Positions 48,190-59,383 of a stretch of 64,000 bases of DNA are shown here, one piece after another. This stretch comes from Paramoeba atlantica. Lineage: Eukaryota > Protista > Discosea. Each line of letters starts with the position of its first letter. Within the stretch, counting starts at the first letter, position 1. The notes beneath the pieces are model-generated. The model was not told where the DNA came from. It ran no database searches and saw only the letters and a list, made by a program, of their open reading frames with translations. The DNA is taken from the NCBI GenBank assembly GCA_977017575.1, contig CDRNVI010000052.1, forward strand, positions 1 to 64,000, written 5' to 3'. Both the position numbers and the translations under genes were made by a program.

Positions 48190-50883
48190 ATGGAAGGCTC
48201 AGAAACCTTGGATAAAAGTTTAGAAAAAGTTCCGCTGCGACCCTCGAGAATCATCAAGGAGCCTATAAGGTGTTGTGCATCTAGGAAATGCATTGGGCGG
48301 CATCAGCTTGACGAATCCACTGTTTTCCGTCGGCCGCGTTCGAAAACATGGGCGCTTCTCCGAGCTCCGGGACAAGCCGGTTGTCTGCTTCCTGTGCGTG
48401 AGGTCTCACGGCAAGCCGAGACGCCGTGCTCCACGCTCTATTTCGATTCCACGCGAAATTTCGCCTCCTTGTCGCTCCGTACGCCTTCTCCGGAGATGCA
48501 ATCCACAGAGGTTAGCTCCCCACAGTTCTCTCCGTTCCCGTGTGATCCGGAAAACGACAGCCATGCACGTTCTTCTCGTAAGGCTGTAGTCTCCTACAGC
48601 TACCGCCGGAGTTGTCGTTTAGGTCGAGCCCTGGTACACACCTTAGGGTCTCCTCGTGAGACATGCACCTCCTCGTTGTCACAATCGAATCCCAGTGGGA
48701 TTAGTCCAATACGAAGTGGGGGGACGCAGCCGCAACGATTGGAGTCCTGCTCTCATACAGCAGCGGTTAGATCAAAGAAGCCTTTTATCCCCTCGCTGGC
48801 GACTTCCTCGGGGTTGAGTGGTTCCGTGGTCTCCTCTTCGGGTTATGATCCCGGTCAGTTTTCCTCTCCCGAGTGTAAAGGGCTTACACTACGCAGTACG
48901 CGTAGTAGCGCAACCACGACAGAACGTGAAACACGAAAATCGAGAGAGAAATCTGATACACAATCCGGAACTGAACACACGGTGGCCCATCGGCTATTTC
49001 CCTCTGATATGAATGGTGTGGAATCTCCCATAAAGGTAAAGAGTACCGATGGAGAATCGTCGGCCATAACCCTTCATTGCGCACAATCGAAGAGGGAATT
49101 GTTAGTTGTGGGAAAAGAGGTGGCCTCAGTGGCGCACCATAGCAAGATTTCGAATCTATTTTTAGACACAACTTCACATGAGGATGACACAGAAGTGCCA
49201 GGTCAGAGTGATTTGAGTCTTTGCACTAATTTTGTCAAAGAACTCGTGGACACGTTTGGAGAAAAGACACAACCTGAAGAAAAGATAGTAGAGAACTCGC
49301 CTTCTCAGAAATCATTGAAAACAGTAATCACGACGCAGCAGGGCTGCGAATCAGCAGAATATAGCTTTTCTGACTGTCGTGATACAGTGCGACCGTTAGA
49401 GGCAAGGAGCATTGGGGGATCATCTGCCGCCTCGAAAAATTGGCGAGATATTTCTTTGGAGCCGAACTTGAATTCTTCCTCTTTACACACTACTTACCCT
49501 CTACCTGACAGCTTTTCGTTGGCATTACGACATCACATGTGGAACACGCTTGCAATCATACCGTGCGGAGCACATGTGTATTTTACCGCATTTTCTCATC
49601 TTCTTACACTCATGCGAGACGTACGTTGGCTCGCAGTAAACTGTCCTAGAGGAATTTCGAATGCCTTGACACGCGCCACCAATGGAGTCATATTCCTAAC
49701 TGTAAAATGTGCTTCTTCGGAGGTTTGGAAAGATGTCATGTCTCGGGTTTGCCACGTCAGTGACGCACACTCGCGCCACACACTTTTTCGCACAGAACAC
49801 TATGTAATTAGTGTCCTAGGGTGGAATCTTAGACCACGAACTTTACTTAGCAGTTACGAGGTTGTGCGTGATCGCTATCTTGAGACGCGCTGCTTTCACT
49901 CCCCTTTGCAATGTAAGGCATCTCTGAGAAGCAACGAGGTAAGTTCTGTACCGCAAGATCTCTCAACCGCAATAGAAGATAGAGATGCAGCTTGCGAGGA
50001 AACAAGCAATGAATCTGGTGAAAGAACTGTTGAAAGCATAAAACTTTGTCCGTGCCACACGGCAAAGGAAACTATTTGCGAGGCTGATTGGATGAGGATC
50101 TTTATTTTATCTGAAACGGTTATGGCGTTTTGTCCCCACAGCATCCTGATGCATGATATTGACGGGGGATACGAGCGCCTCTTGCAAGTAAGTGCCGAAA
50201 CATTCTCGAACGTGATGCTGCACAAAGAAGGCTTTGCAGAGCGGGTACAAGATAATTTTACATTGGAATCGTATACTTTACACGGTGTCACGAAATTATG
50301 TCTGGTCTTCCTGCAAATATTGACTGGACAACGCATGGATCACTCGATATTAAATCATGAATCAACAATGCCAGTGTCGCTCGCTTCGTCCGAAACAAAG
50401 CTCTCAATGGATCATTTTGAATCCATGGCCTCACACAGCATTTGTGTCGGCGGACTTTCCATGCACGATTTTCCCTCCCTTATGTCGTGGCTCTTTAAAG
50501 AACTCAAAGTATGTCTAGCGTTTCCTCCTACAGGAAATGTTCAGTCGGCAGCTTCGATCTCTCCGGGACGAGAGTCAGGAAGCGCCGCTTCACCATTGAC
50601 TTGTAGAATTGTGCATTCACCAATGCACAGCGCACAGCCCCAGGATGTGGACCCTTTGAACAATGAAATTACCAAGCCAGTGACAAGACTGAACGAAACT
50701 CAATTTCAGACTCCACCACTGCGAGCGCAGGTAGCGAATAATATACAGGTGGGCTTGCACGCCGAATACCCCATGCCAGTATGTATCACGTGGCTTTCAT
50801 TTTGCCAATACGCTGCCGTATCATGGATGGATGCAACCCGAGTGGCCTCTCAAACCAAGCGCTCGTCGACTGTGTGCCCATAA
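48190..50883 (+). CDS. Hypothetical protein, Ser-rich N-half
   Basis: 897-aa ATG ORF on the coding strand, no recognised domain. Confidence 0.65.
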   Translation: MEGSETLDKSLEKVPLRPSRIIKEPIRCCASRKCIGRHQLDESTVFRRPRSKTWALLRAPGQAGCLLPVREVSRQAETPCSTLYFDSTRNFASLSLRTPSPEMQSTEVSSPQFSPFPCDPENDSHARSSRKAVVSYSYRRSCRLGRALVHTLGSPRETCTSSLSQSNPSGISPIRSGGTQPQRLESCSHTAAVRSKKPFIPSLATSSGLSGSVVSSSGYDPGQFSSPECKGLTLRSTRSSATTTERETRKSREKSDTQSGTEHTVAHRLFPSDMNGVESPIKVKSTDGESSAITLHCAQSKRELLVVGKEVASVAHHSKISNLFLDTTSHEDDTEVPGQSDLSLCTNFVKELVDTFGEKTQPEEKIVENSPSQKSLKTVITTQQGCESAEYSFSDCRDTVRPLEARSIGGSSAASKNWRDISLEPNLNSSSLHTTYPLPDSFSLALRHHMWNTLAIIPCGAHVYFTAFSHLLTLMRDVRWLAVNCPRGISNALTRATNGVIFLTVKCASSEVWKDVMSRVCHVSDAHSRHTLFRTEHYVISVLGWNLRPRTLLSSYEVVRDRYLETRCFHSPLQCKASLRSNEVSSVPQDLSTAIEDRDAACEETSNESGERTVESIKLCPCHTAKETICEADWMRIFILSETVMAFCPHSILMHDIDGGYERLLQVSAETFSNVMLHKEGFAERVQDNFTLESYTLHGVTKLCLVFLQILTGQRMDHSILNHESTMPVSLASSETKLSMDHFESMASHSICVGGLSMHDFPSLMSWLFKELKVCLAFPPTGNVQSAASISPGRESGSAASPLTCRIVHSPMHSAQPQDVDPLNNEITKPVTRLNETQFQTPPLRAQVANNIQVGLHAEYPMPVCITWLSFCQYAAVSWMDATRVASQTKRSSTVCP

Positions 50884-51282
50884 TTCCGTGTCACATACAG
50901 AGCACATATAGTTAAAGGTGGTCCTTTTATCTAATGTAAGAAACATTAAGTTGGAACACGAACGTGCATATTCAAAAAACTGAAAGGCGCATTCTTTCTT
51001 TGTAAACAGCATCTATTTATGAAGGTGTAACGCATTTGAGCCCCTGTTCTTAAACACTTTCTACTATTCTTTGTGGTTCTTCTGTATACTGATACAATTT
51101 TGAGTTGAACAAAGCTTTTTTTTCGAACCTTCTGAGATTAATTTTGTCTTTTAGGTATTAAAGTTCTTCATAGGCATTTTTGTTTTTACTTTGTACTTCA
51201 AAGAACTTGGCGCACTCGCTGCTTCACAGCGGAGTTATGCGTTATACGTGGTGAATCCCTACATCTGAAATGATCGCAAAGC

Positions 51283-52491
51283 ATGAATGAAGAGCTCCCC
51301 TTGTCGGACAGTGGCATGCATCGTACCTCGTCAGTTCGAGAGCGAGCTTGGAGACATAGGCTTTCGCACCTTGTTGCTCAGGCGGACATGTTTCTTAAAC
51401 CCCGAGAAGATTTCAAGTCTCACACCTCTTCTCCGTACGGTCTAGCAATTCATCTTATCACGTTTCTTTTCTTATTGTCTCTCACAGGGTATGAGATATG
51501 GGCAACACGCATCTCCCCTCCCTTTTTTTCAAAATATGTTCGAGTGGATGGAACTGTTGATGGAATGGTTCCACTGCATTTCAACATTACGTTACCCCAC
51601 GTACAATGCCTTGATGCGACGCTCGACGTGATGGATGCTGTAGGACTGCAGCAAAATGACCTACAACAAAATGTGCAAAAAATACCCGTCGATCGCGGTG
51701 GTAAACTCCTTTGGGAGGGCTTCTACGAAGAGGGTAAGAATCCAAACTCACGACAGGGAAGCACTGCGTACGACCCTCGTAATGACCCGCTTTCTCCACT
51801 TTATTGTGGATCATGTGATCTCCCAGAACTCGTCTCTGAACAGCGCCTCTCCGACTCCTCTTCCTTTTTTTCTTCTGCTTTTTGTTGCAATACTTGTGAG
51901 AGTATTCTGAGTCTGTACGATAGGCATCAAATACCACGTCCCGCGCTCCCCACCATACCACAATGTCATCATGAGCTCTCCCTGTTCCACCCCGGTTGTA
52001 ATCTCCAGGGCACCATACTTTTACACAAAGTCCGAGGGAGTATGCACGTGATCCCAGGAACGCGCACAGAGCTGTCGAGTCTTCTCTTCGAGCCTGGCCG
52101 CATCTGTCCGCTAAATTCTTCCCATCGAATTCACCATATATGGTTTGGGACCGATCGAACCGCTAGTGAACCGATGCCACTCAAGGAGTACACGCATATC
52201 TCGGAGCAATCACAATTTGTAAAATACTTTTTGCAAATCATGCCCGCATCAAGGGAGACACACGACGGGTTTACCTACACAGCCAGTGCACAGCACTATG
52301 ATGCCGAAACGGGCTTACAACCAGGTGTGTTCTTTTCGTTTGATTTTACCCCGATGCACCTGCTCAGTTTGGATGACAAGGAGGATCTCAGCCGCCTTTG
52401 TATTCGTCTATGCGGTATTTTTGGCGGTCTATTTTTGTTTCATCGACTTGCCTTGTATTTTACAACATCAATGACGAAAGAAACCATGTAG
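51283..52491 (+). CDS. ERV46: ER-Golgi intermediate compartment protein (ERGIC3/Erv46 family)
   Basis: DMFLKPREDF...G..I.L, FNITLPHVQC..LDVMD, YCGSC, CCNTCE, GCNLQG...KVRGSMH, NSSHRIHHIWFG, KYFLQIMP, PGVFFSFDFTPM, C-terminal TM. Confidence 0.9.
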   Translation: MNEELPLSDSGMHRTSSVRERAWRHRLSHLVAQADMFLKPREDFKSHTSSPYGLAIHLITFLFLLSLTGYEIWATRISPPFFSKYVRVDGTVDGMVPLHFNITLPHVQCLDATLDVMDAVGLQQNDLQQNVQKIPVDRGGKLLWEGFYEEGKNPNSRQGSTAYDPRNDPLSPLYCGSCDLPELVSEQRLSDSSSFFSSAFCCNTCESILSLYDRHQIPRPALPTIPQCHHELSLFHPGCNLQGTILLHKVRGSMHVIPGTRTELSSLLFEPGRICPLNSSHRIHHIWFGTDRTASEPMPLKEYTHISEQSQFVKYFLQIMPASRETHDGFTYTASAQHYDAETGLQPGVFFSFDFTPMHLLSLDDKEDLSRLCIRLCGIFGGLFLFHRLALYFTTSMTKETM

Positions 52492-52668
52492 CGCAGACGA
52501 AAATTTAGAATGCAGAAAACGAATAGTTTGAGAGCTATATTTTGCATGGTGATAGCTTCGTGGGATATTACGTCAGTTTTTTTCATCCGGTTTGATGGTC
52601 AATATGAAAAACGCATGACATATTCTACACCCATAAGTTAGCACTAGTAAATAAATTTACATTGGCAT

Positions 52669-53560
52669 ATGCTACGTTCGCATTTGATTAAAGTTTCTTG
52701 TCATATTGTTATTTGCTTATTCGCAATGCTATCTTTTTTTGAAACTGCAGATGTACGAAATACGGTGGGACGAGTGCGCGGCGCCTTCCTTCCACAAGCA
52801 TATAAACTCAGTCGCGTACTACGGAATACTACAAAACTGCATTCGAGTTGGAGTACGGAAACGACAGCATGTCGATGGACGGGCGTGGGTTGTGATGCGT
52901 AGAAACAAGTCAGTGATATCCGGTGGGGCACGCAGGGACTGAGAGGAACAATTTTTTGGATTGATTTTCCACAAACCGTGAAACTGATTATTCATGGAGT
53001 TTATAGTTTTAAAGGAGGTATAAATCAAATTGAAGGCGTTCTTCCCACATCGGACTTACCATCAGCGCTAAACATGTTCATACTTGACAGCAACAAGTTG
53101 AGTGAAGTAATACGCTTCGATCAGCTTCCCATGAGTTTGGTATCATTGGAAGTGGCTGATAGTCAGTTTGAGGGAGTCGTGACCCTTCATACGCTTCCGC
53201 CTATCTTACTTAACCTGGACTTACGACAAAATCGATTCTCGGGGGACTTAACTATAATTTGCCTCCAGAGTTGGAATGTCTCAACATTTCCGAAAACTTT
53301 ATTAGCGGGCATCTAAATCTCCCAAAAAAATTGGATTCAATTGATTTAGATGAAAATTCAGCGGGAATCTTGATTTTTCTTCCCTTTCACCATTTCTCAA
53401 ACTCCTGTATCTACTAGGCAATTGTCTTGATGGAAATCTAGACCTCAGTAACGCCGTTTCTTTATGTGCATTGGACGTACGTTGAAATAATTTTTCATCC
53501 ATCGTGTCAAGCCCTCCACAGGTTTATTTGCGCTACGACCCATAATAGCTTTGAAAGTCC
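52669..53560 (+). pseudogene. LRR gene pseudogene (same family as 38679-39821)
   Basis: SSWSTETTACRWTGVGCDA, in-frame TAG at 52900-52902, then KQVSDIRW...LPSALNMFILDSNKL...LPPILLNLDLRQNRFSG, frameshifts after about 53250; cut by a TIR at 53571. Confidence 0.85.
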
Positions 53561-53570
53561 CTTTCATATA

Positions 53571-54675
53571 CTCCCCCCTTCATTAATTTCTATAAATGCC
53601 TTACCGAAGTTTTTGAAAAAAAAGTTATAGATTTGTGAAAAATTATATTTTCGCTCGGAGGTCAACTTTTGCGACAGTTCTTTTCGGAACTATACCTATC
53701 TTGGATCAAGACGAGGACGAAGCTCATGAAACTTTCGCTTCGGAAAGTGCTGATCAACCTTTTGCACTCTGAAATTATAACCAGTGCACATTTTTCCGTC
53801 CACAGCAACGGTTTTCTATTTGTCGTATCTAAGTTTTTTCTGTGGTTTTGCTCTTTTTTTAAGTTTTTTGGAATCGCCGAGTCTCTATCCCAATATACCC
53901 TGAATATTCCTGTTTCCTCATCGCTTTTTTAACACCTACGCTGGTCGATAATACTTTCTTTCTGACCGGCGACCTACCGGACCTTCCTTCTTGAACTTCC
54001 TGACAAAACGTCAGCGACGATTGCAGGATGGCAAATACTTTCCTCGACTGGATGCAAGTGCGTGCAGCGAATTCTTTGCAAGAACTCAAGGCTCCGCCCG
54101 AGCTGAACATGTTTAGGCGCTCTAGATTGTGTCTTTCCGTTCCTTAAAATTCGACATGCAGATGCCCCCAATGAAACGCTATCCAATCCGTCAAACGAAC
54201 CGTCTTCATGGTTAGCTGAAATCGCCCGCAGACTACTTCGCGCATGAAATTAGCTGAACGACGTCTTGGAGGAAACGACCGAGCTGAAAGGGTTTTTAGG
54301 GCGCTCTAGAGCTTTTCCCTCTTTTCGAAGGACAATCAAGTTTTCACGAACGAAGGCTTTCTTTTTTCTACTCAGTTTTCGCGGACTGCGGCGATTGGGG
54401 GACACGATCAGCGAAGACCTACGGTCAACACTTGGGGCTACCCAACCCCTCCATATTAAAGTCAGAAAACTTTTAGGTTTTGCTTAGTGTCGTGTAAAGT
54501 GAGAGTAGCCCGCACCCGGGAGGCCCACAAAAGTATGTTCGAACGTCCACCCACCAAAGTAACCGACCAAAGAGAATACCCCACTTCATTAATTTCTATA
54601 AATATTTATATTTTATAAATATAAATTTGATTTTTTGTTATAATCTATATTTATAGAAATTAATGGAGGGGGGAG
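53571..54675. mobile_element. TIR element F, 1105 bp, CTCCC (Stowaway/mariner-like) termini
   Basis: TA|CTCCCCCCTTCATTAATTTCTATAAAT ... ATTTATAGAAATTAATGGAGGGGGGAG|TA (27 bp, 1 mismatch); a third, internal left-type arm starts at 54579. Confidence 0.8.
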
Positions 54676-54963
54676 TACAGGTGTACGTCCTACACAGTTT
54701 TTATTATTTTATTTTACATGTAGCGTCGCGTACTAATAAAGCGATCCAGGCATAAGGGGGCGAAGGAGATACGAAGCAACAGATGTAGCAGATTCCCACT
54801 GAAAAGATATTGTATCTCCCTGCACGAGAAATGCTTGCCTTTGCGGTGGCTTGATCGGAGACGAGCTCGTCCAGGGACTTTATACCTGGATTCTACACTG
54901 CATAACCCCACGAAAAACTTGCCAGCTGGCCACCCACTCAAAAAGTGGCCAGCTGTCCAACTA

Positions 54964-55316
54964 CTGTATACCCCCCCAGTAAGAGAATGGGTTTGGGGTC
55001 GAAATGGCCAAATCTCTCTTACTGGGGGGTATGCTTTTTTCGCCAGTTTCCTCTTTTCTCCCAACTTTTTTGACTATTTTTTTCTATTTTTTCTTCTGAA
55101 CACGTGTTAAAACGCTTCTTTGGGTTACCCCCGAGGCCTCCAACATGCAGACACCCACCCCCTACCCCCTATACGCCCCCTGTGGGGCTCCCGAGCCAAA
55201 TCTCTCTTACTGGTGGTCAGCCCAAAAAGGGCCAAATCTCTCTTACTGGTGGTCAGCCCAAAAAAGGGCCAAATCTCTCTTACTGCGGGGGTATCTTACT
55301 GGAGGGGGGTATACGG
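54964..55316. mobile_element. MITE family B, 353-bp copy in opposite orientation
   Basis: TA|CTGTATACCCCCCCAGTAAGAG ... TACTGGAGGGGGGTATACGG|TA; internal GCCAAATCTCTCTTACTGGTGGTCAGCCCAAAAAGG unit expanded relative to 30356-30669. Confidence 0.9.
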
Positions 55317-55936
55317 TATTTCAGAAGGTGATCAGCTGGCTACGTTTTCAAGAGGTGGCCAGCTGACCATAAAAAATCGTGCTTTTTTTCGTTCATTCGT
55401 TATGCCACCGGCCACTGAAATGTATTTTGAGAAAAAAAGTATTTCTGGAACTTAGTTTGGGAGCTGAAAAATCTTCCCCGAGCTTGGAAAGAGATGTAGT
55501 TTATGAATTCGGGGATGAATATCAATCCTCTTCGCGATTTTTAGTCACATTTTTAGTAAACAGGTTCTAAAAACTGCGTACTGTGCTCGATTTCTTTCAT
55601 GTTTAATGCAATGCTGAGATTCTGTAATGAAAAAGACCTGTGCTTTGAAATTTTTGAAAAATCATTTTTATACCAATTTCTCTTATACGCGCATCTTATG
55701 CTCGTCGAATTAACCTTAGTAAGCGAGTTAGATGCTCACCGTATCTCCCTCAATACACTTTATTCTGACTGACTGCACTGTGTCCATTGTGTAGTTACTC
55801 CATTGCATTCTGGTTAATAAAAGGGCAGTAGAATTCTTTACAAACTTCTAATGTTCACAATCATTTTCAATGGCTCTTAGAAAAGAGTTTTTTGCATGAT
55901 CTCTGGAAAAGCGCTCTCCTCGGAATCCTGGAGCGT

Positions 55937-56353
55937 ATGATTACGTTATCTTTCTACTATTGGCATACAACTTCTATTGCATACTTTTTCCTCTGTCTTT
56001 TCTGCACAAAGCCCAATTCAATACGTAGGATAGGTTGCAGCATAGCATTCGGGAAAGAAGAGTTTGTTAGTACTAGTGACGGTTATATTTGTTTGAAGTT
56101 GGTAAACAATTCGTATACGAATGGAAGCTTTGCACCATCTCCTAACTTAAATAACTTTTCTGTCCCATCTTTTCCTGAATCGGGCACCAATACTTCTCGA
56201 AAAAAAGTAGATTATGAAGTGGCGCCACGAACTGGTATTCAGTTAGTTCCGGAATTTGTTCAGTGGATTATTGGATCTATTATTGTGCTGCTAGCGTTAG
56301 TAATTGGTCGGTACTTTGATCCTCCTCCATACGGAACAGATCAGAGACCGTAA
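55937..56353 (+). CDS. Small hypothetical membrane protein
   Basis: 138-codon ATG ORF with a C-terminal hydrophobic segment FVQWIIGSIIVLLALVIG. Confidence 0.4.
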   Translation: MITLSFYYWHTTSIAYFFLCLFCTKPNSIRRIGCSIAFGKEEFVSTSDGYICLKLVNNSYTNGSFAPSPNLNNFSVPSFPESGTNTSRKKVDYEVAPRTGIQLVPEFVQWIIGSIIVLLALVIGRYFDPPPYGTDQRP

Positions 56354-56540
56354 TTTGTTTTTGAATTTGCGCCTGGGAACACTCCCAGTGAAAGTCTATC
56401 AATTCATGCAGTCATGGGTCTCATATTCAAATTATTTTGTTTAGATGCCTACGTGATCCTATCGCAAACTATGTACCTTGTTTAACACGAAAATTGATTT
56501 CATTTCTTCAATTACGTTCTTCATGAGACACTTGTAATTA

Positions 56541-57497
56541 ATGTCATTCTCAGAGTGTCTGCTGGGTGTGCCCAAAGACGCCACTATCGATTTTGAAAAG
56601 TACCTGAGTCACAAAATTGGTCCTATAAAAAAGCGAGAGGAAGTCTGCGTTGACTTCCAGGATGGCAAATGTCACAAAGAAGAATGTACGTTCCGCCATG
56701 CCTTGGTGAATGATGAGATGTTTCTTCGCAAAGCGCGAAAAGAGGTTTGCAAATATTGGCTACGGGGTCTGTGCTGCGCTGGGGAGGACTGTCTCTGGCT
56801 TCACGAGTACGACGTGGACAAAATTCCTCCTTGTATTTATGTCGAAAAATTAGGCGAGTGTGGGAACCCGGAGTGTATTTACCAACACCCGGAGGAGAAC
56901 AGCCGCATCCCGCGGTGCGCGGCCTATGACAGGGGCTTTTGCAGTTTCGGTCCAAACTGCTCCTTGCGTCATGTCAAGGGAATGTCCTGTCCAAGTTATC
57001 TGGCCGGGTTCTGTCCGTTTGGTCCTCGATGTACGTTACAACATCCTAAGATGGTGTTTTTTGATGAGGAGAGTGTGCGGGAGCGAATTCGTCATGATCT
57101 TGCGGTAAGTCCAGGCTCTCCTAACCTAAAAGTGGTGTGTGATCGCTGTCGCGATCCTGGACACATTGCCCCTCAGTGCCCTGGAAAAGAGGAGGGAAAA
57201 GTGTTTAAGGCGTTGCAGCAGCGTCAGGAGCCCGGAGCCCCTCCGATTCGGGAAGGTTGTTACTATTGCGGGGAGAGGGATCATGTGGCTCGTACGTGTC
57301 CGAAGCGCACGGACGATTTTCAAAAATCGAACCGTGTTCGCTCAACTCGGTATCAAGAGCGCTCTCATTTTCAACGTGGAGGAACGGAGGGCAGGTTTCC
57401 GTCTGATGGGAATTCAAACGAAATGCGCTACAAAGAGCCGGGATGGGGGTCCAATTTCCGATTGCAAACTACGTCCGTTCAAGAAAATTCTAGATAG
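56541..57497 (+). CDS. CPSF30: Cleavage and polyadenylation specificity factor 30 kDa
   Basis: Five CCCH fingers (VCKYWLRGLC...CLWLHEYD; CAAYDRGFC..GPNC..RH; CPSYLAGFCPFGPRC..QHPK) plus two CCHC knuckles. Confidence 0.95.
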   Translation: MSFSECLLGVPKDATIDFEKYLSHKIGPIKKREEVCVDFQDGKCHKEECTFRHALVNDEMFLRKARKEVCKYWLRGLCCAGEDCLWLHEYDVDKIPPCIYVEKLGECGNPECIYQHPEENSRIPRCAAYDRGFCSFGPNCSLRHVKGMSCPSYLAGFCPFGPRCTLQHPKMVFFDEESVRERIRHDLAVSPGSPNLKVVCDRCRDPGHIAPQCPGKEEGKVFKALQQRQEPGAPPIREGCYYCGERDHVARTCPKRTDDFQKSNRVRSTRYQERSHFQRGGTEGRFPSDGNSNEMRYKEPGWGSNFRLQTTSVQENSR

Positions 57498-57771
57498 AAG
57501 TTGAACATGTTTTGTTTCGTAAACTTATGCTGGAATACAGGGTCCGCGGCGCAGTATCGTACACTGTATGGTATGGTATTTCCGTTCATTTTTCAGTGAG
57601 ATACAGTGTATGTAAATTATATCGTTGGGATTTATTCGCTTATTGTACATGTAAACTTATCGTTGTAAGCTTTATCATATTGAACACCACGTAATATTTA
57701 TTTCGCTTTTTCTACTTTTGAAGAGTAGGTACACGTTCTATAATTTTGTTTCTGATGTGTTGTATCAAATA

Positions 57772-59136
57772 ATGAAAAACATCAACTTTCTTCTCAACGA
57801 ACTAAAACGTTTACGAAGGCGGTTGCCATCGGTTGGAGACTTAGCTGTGGGAGAGAATTCACAAGTTACTTCATGTGCAACAGATATTCGAACAGAGGCT
57901 TGCAAAGCTTGGAACGGAACGCTTCCTCTTTCTTCTCATGACCTCCAAAGCTTCCTTCAACACAACGGTATTACAATCAAATGTGATAACGTAGATGAAC
58001 TTGGCGCAGCAACGCAGCAACACAATGTACGAGCAGAAACAAGATCTGATTATATAGGTTGTTCAAAAGTTTTCATAGATTTGTGGCGCGAGGCCGGGTA
58101 TTTGGGTCTAGATTTACCGAAACAACACTGGGATGAATTACTCTGTCCAATTTTGAGGGAAAGTAGCACACTCCCTCTCTTGTACCAGGTTTTGCTTTAT
58201 TCTGTTCTCCTGCTTCATCGCAGAGACGATTATTTAGAACTACTTTCAACTCAAATATCTTCTTTAATACCTTGTGGTGGACTACCAGAACTCCTTACTC
58301 TTGCACGCACTCTAAGCTCTAACCTGAACAGAACCCATAGCACTAGACTTGAGGTAGCCTTAATGAGACGAGTGCATGCATTAGCTTTGTCCTTACCATC
58401 CGAAAGCATGGTGGAAGTGTTGCTCTCGACGGCGAATGTACGTACAAACACGTTTCCTTGGATAGACCTTCTTCCTCTTTTTCTGAAACGTCATCTCCCA
58501 CGATGCGGAGAGGACGAAAGCTACAGCGTACTACATACTGCTTTAACAACTCACAATTTTCGCAATGAGGCTAAAATTCGAAATATATTGGACCATCTCA
58601 TCCTTCTTTCTCAATTGCGTATTGAAAAGAGTCTCAGTGGTGGAAAGCTCCGAAGTAGTAACTGTGAGCATGATGAATTACAGAACCCTCACATTGTTTC
58701 TTCGCGGAGGCTGAGTTTAACGGAGCATCACGCATCAGAGTTTTGTACGCTAATTTCTCGAGACTCTTTTTTACAGCATATCATGCTCTCTTCAAGTCAA
58801 TACCGGCGCTATCTACTCGAATATCTTTTGCCTGTCTGCTTTTTCGGGTCTCCAAATTTAAACGAAAAATTCTCGAACAAAATGAAAGAGTCCAAACGCT
58901 CCAAAGTTAAGGATATACCTGCGAAGCATATTATCGGTGTTGCTAAAGTACTACTACTGCTACACAATGCTCTCTGCTCTTCCAATACAACCGAAATGTC
59001 ACACGACAATATGAGTCCGTACAGGTCGAAAACTCTGCTTCGATACTTTGCTGGTGAAGTAGGGCCGGAACTCGCTTCTCGTTCTCCTCCTTATCTACGT
59101 AGGGAATTGGAGCACACGTTTCGGATTGGTAACTGA
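57772..59136 (+). CDS. Hypothetical protein (helical, Leu-rich)
   Basis: 454-codon ATG ORF, coding strand. Confidence 0.6.
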   Translation: MKNINFLLNELKRLRRRLPSVGDLAVGENSQVTSCATDIRTEACKAWNGTLPLSSHDLQSFLQHNGITIKCDNVDELGAATQQHNVRAETRSDYIGCSKVFIDLWREAGYLGLDLPKQHWDELLCPILRESSTLPLLYQVLLYSVLLLHRRDDYLELLSTQISSLIPCGGLPELLTLARTLSSNLNRTHSTRLEVALMRRVHALALSLPSESMVEVLLSTANVRTNTFPWIDLLPLFLKRHLPRCGEDESYSVLHTALTTHNFRNEAKIRNILDHLILLSQLRIEKSLSGGKLRSSNCEHDELQNPHIVSSRRLSLTEHHASEFCTLISRDSFLQHIMLSSSQYRRYLLEYLLPVCFFGSPNLNEKFSNKMKESKRSKVKDIPAKHIIGVAKVLLLLHNALCSSNTTEMSHDNMSPYRSKTLLRYFAGEVGPELASRSPPYLRRELEHTFRIGN

Positions 59137-59383
59137 ACCTTCGCATGACCTTTCGATAAGCTTTGCTACAGTTAATGTCACCGTACGACGAGCGTTGTTA
59201 GCGCAATGGTCATTCATAACGGTCTTCATATGACATACAGTTCTCAATGAATGGAGGTCAAAACTGTCCATATTTTCACTTTTTGTTTATCATAAATTAC
59301 GGTGTCTATTAAAACTTCAATCTAAATAGAAACAGGAGCTTCTCAATTATCATCATTATTTAAAATATGGATTACGGAATTAA

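Noticed and set aside
32717-52902. In-frame TAG codons in the Tc1, hAT and LRR frames as a sign of stop-codon reassignment (Blastocrithidia-like)
   Set aside because: They occur only in frames that also carry frameshifts. Conserved genes (RPS7, ATP9, TFIIS, SUB2, eIF2-beta) end at TAG at the expected C-termini and have no internal stops.
55190-55300. Regularly spaced ~37-bp repeats resembling a CRISPR array
   Set aside because: Head-to-tail units with no unique spacers, inside a TA-flanked MITE; eukaryotic context and no cas genes.
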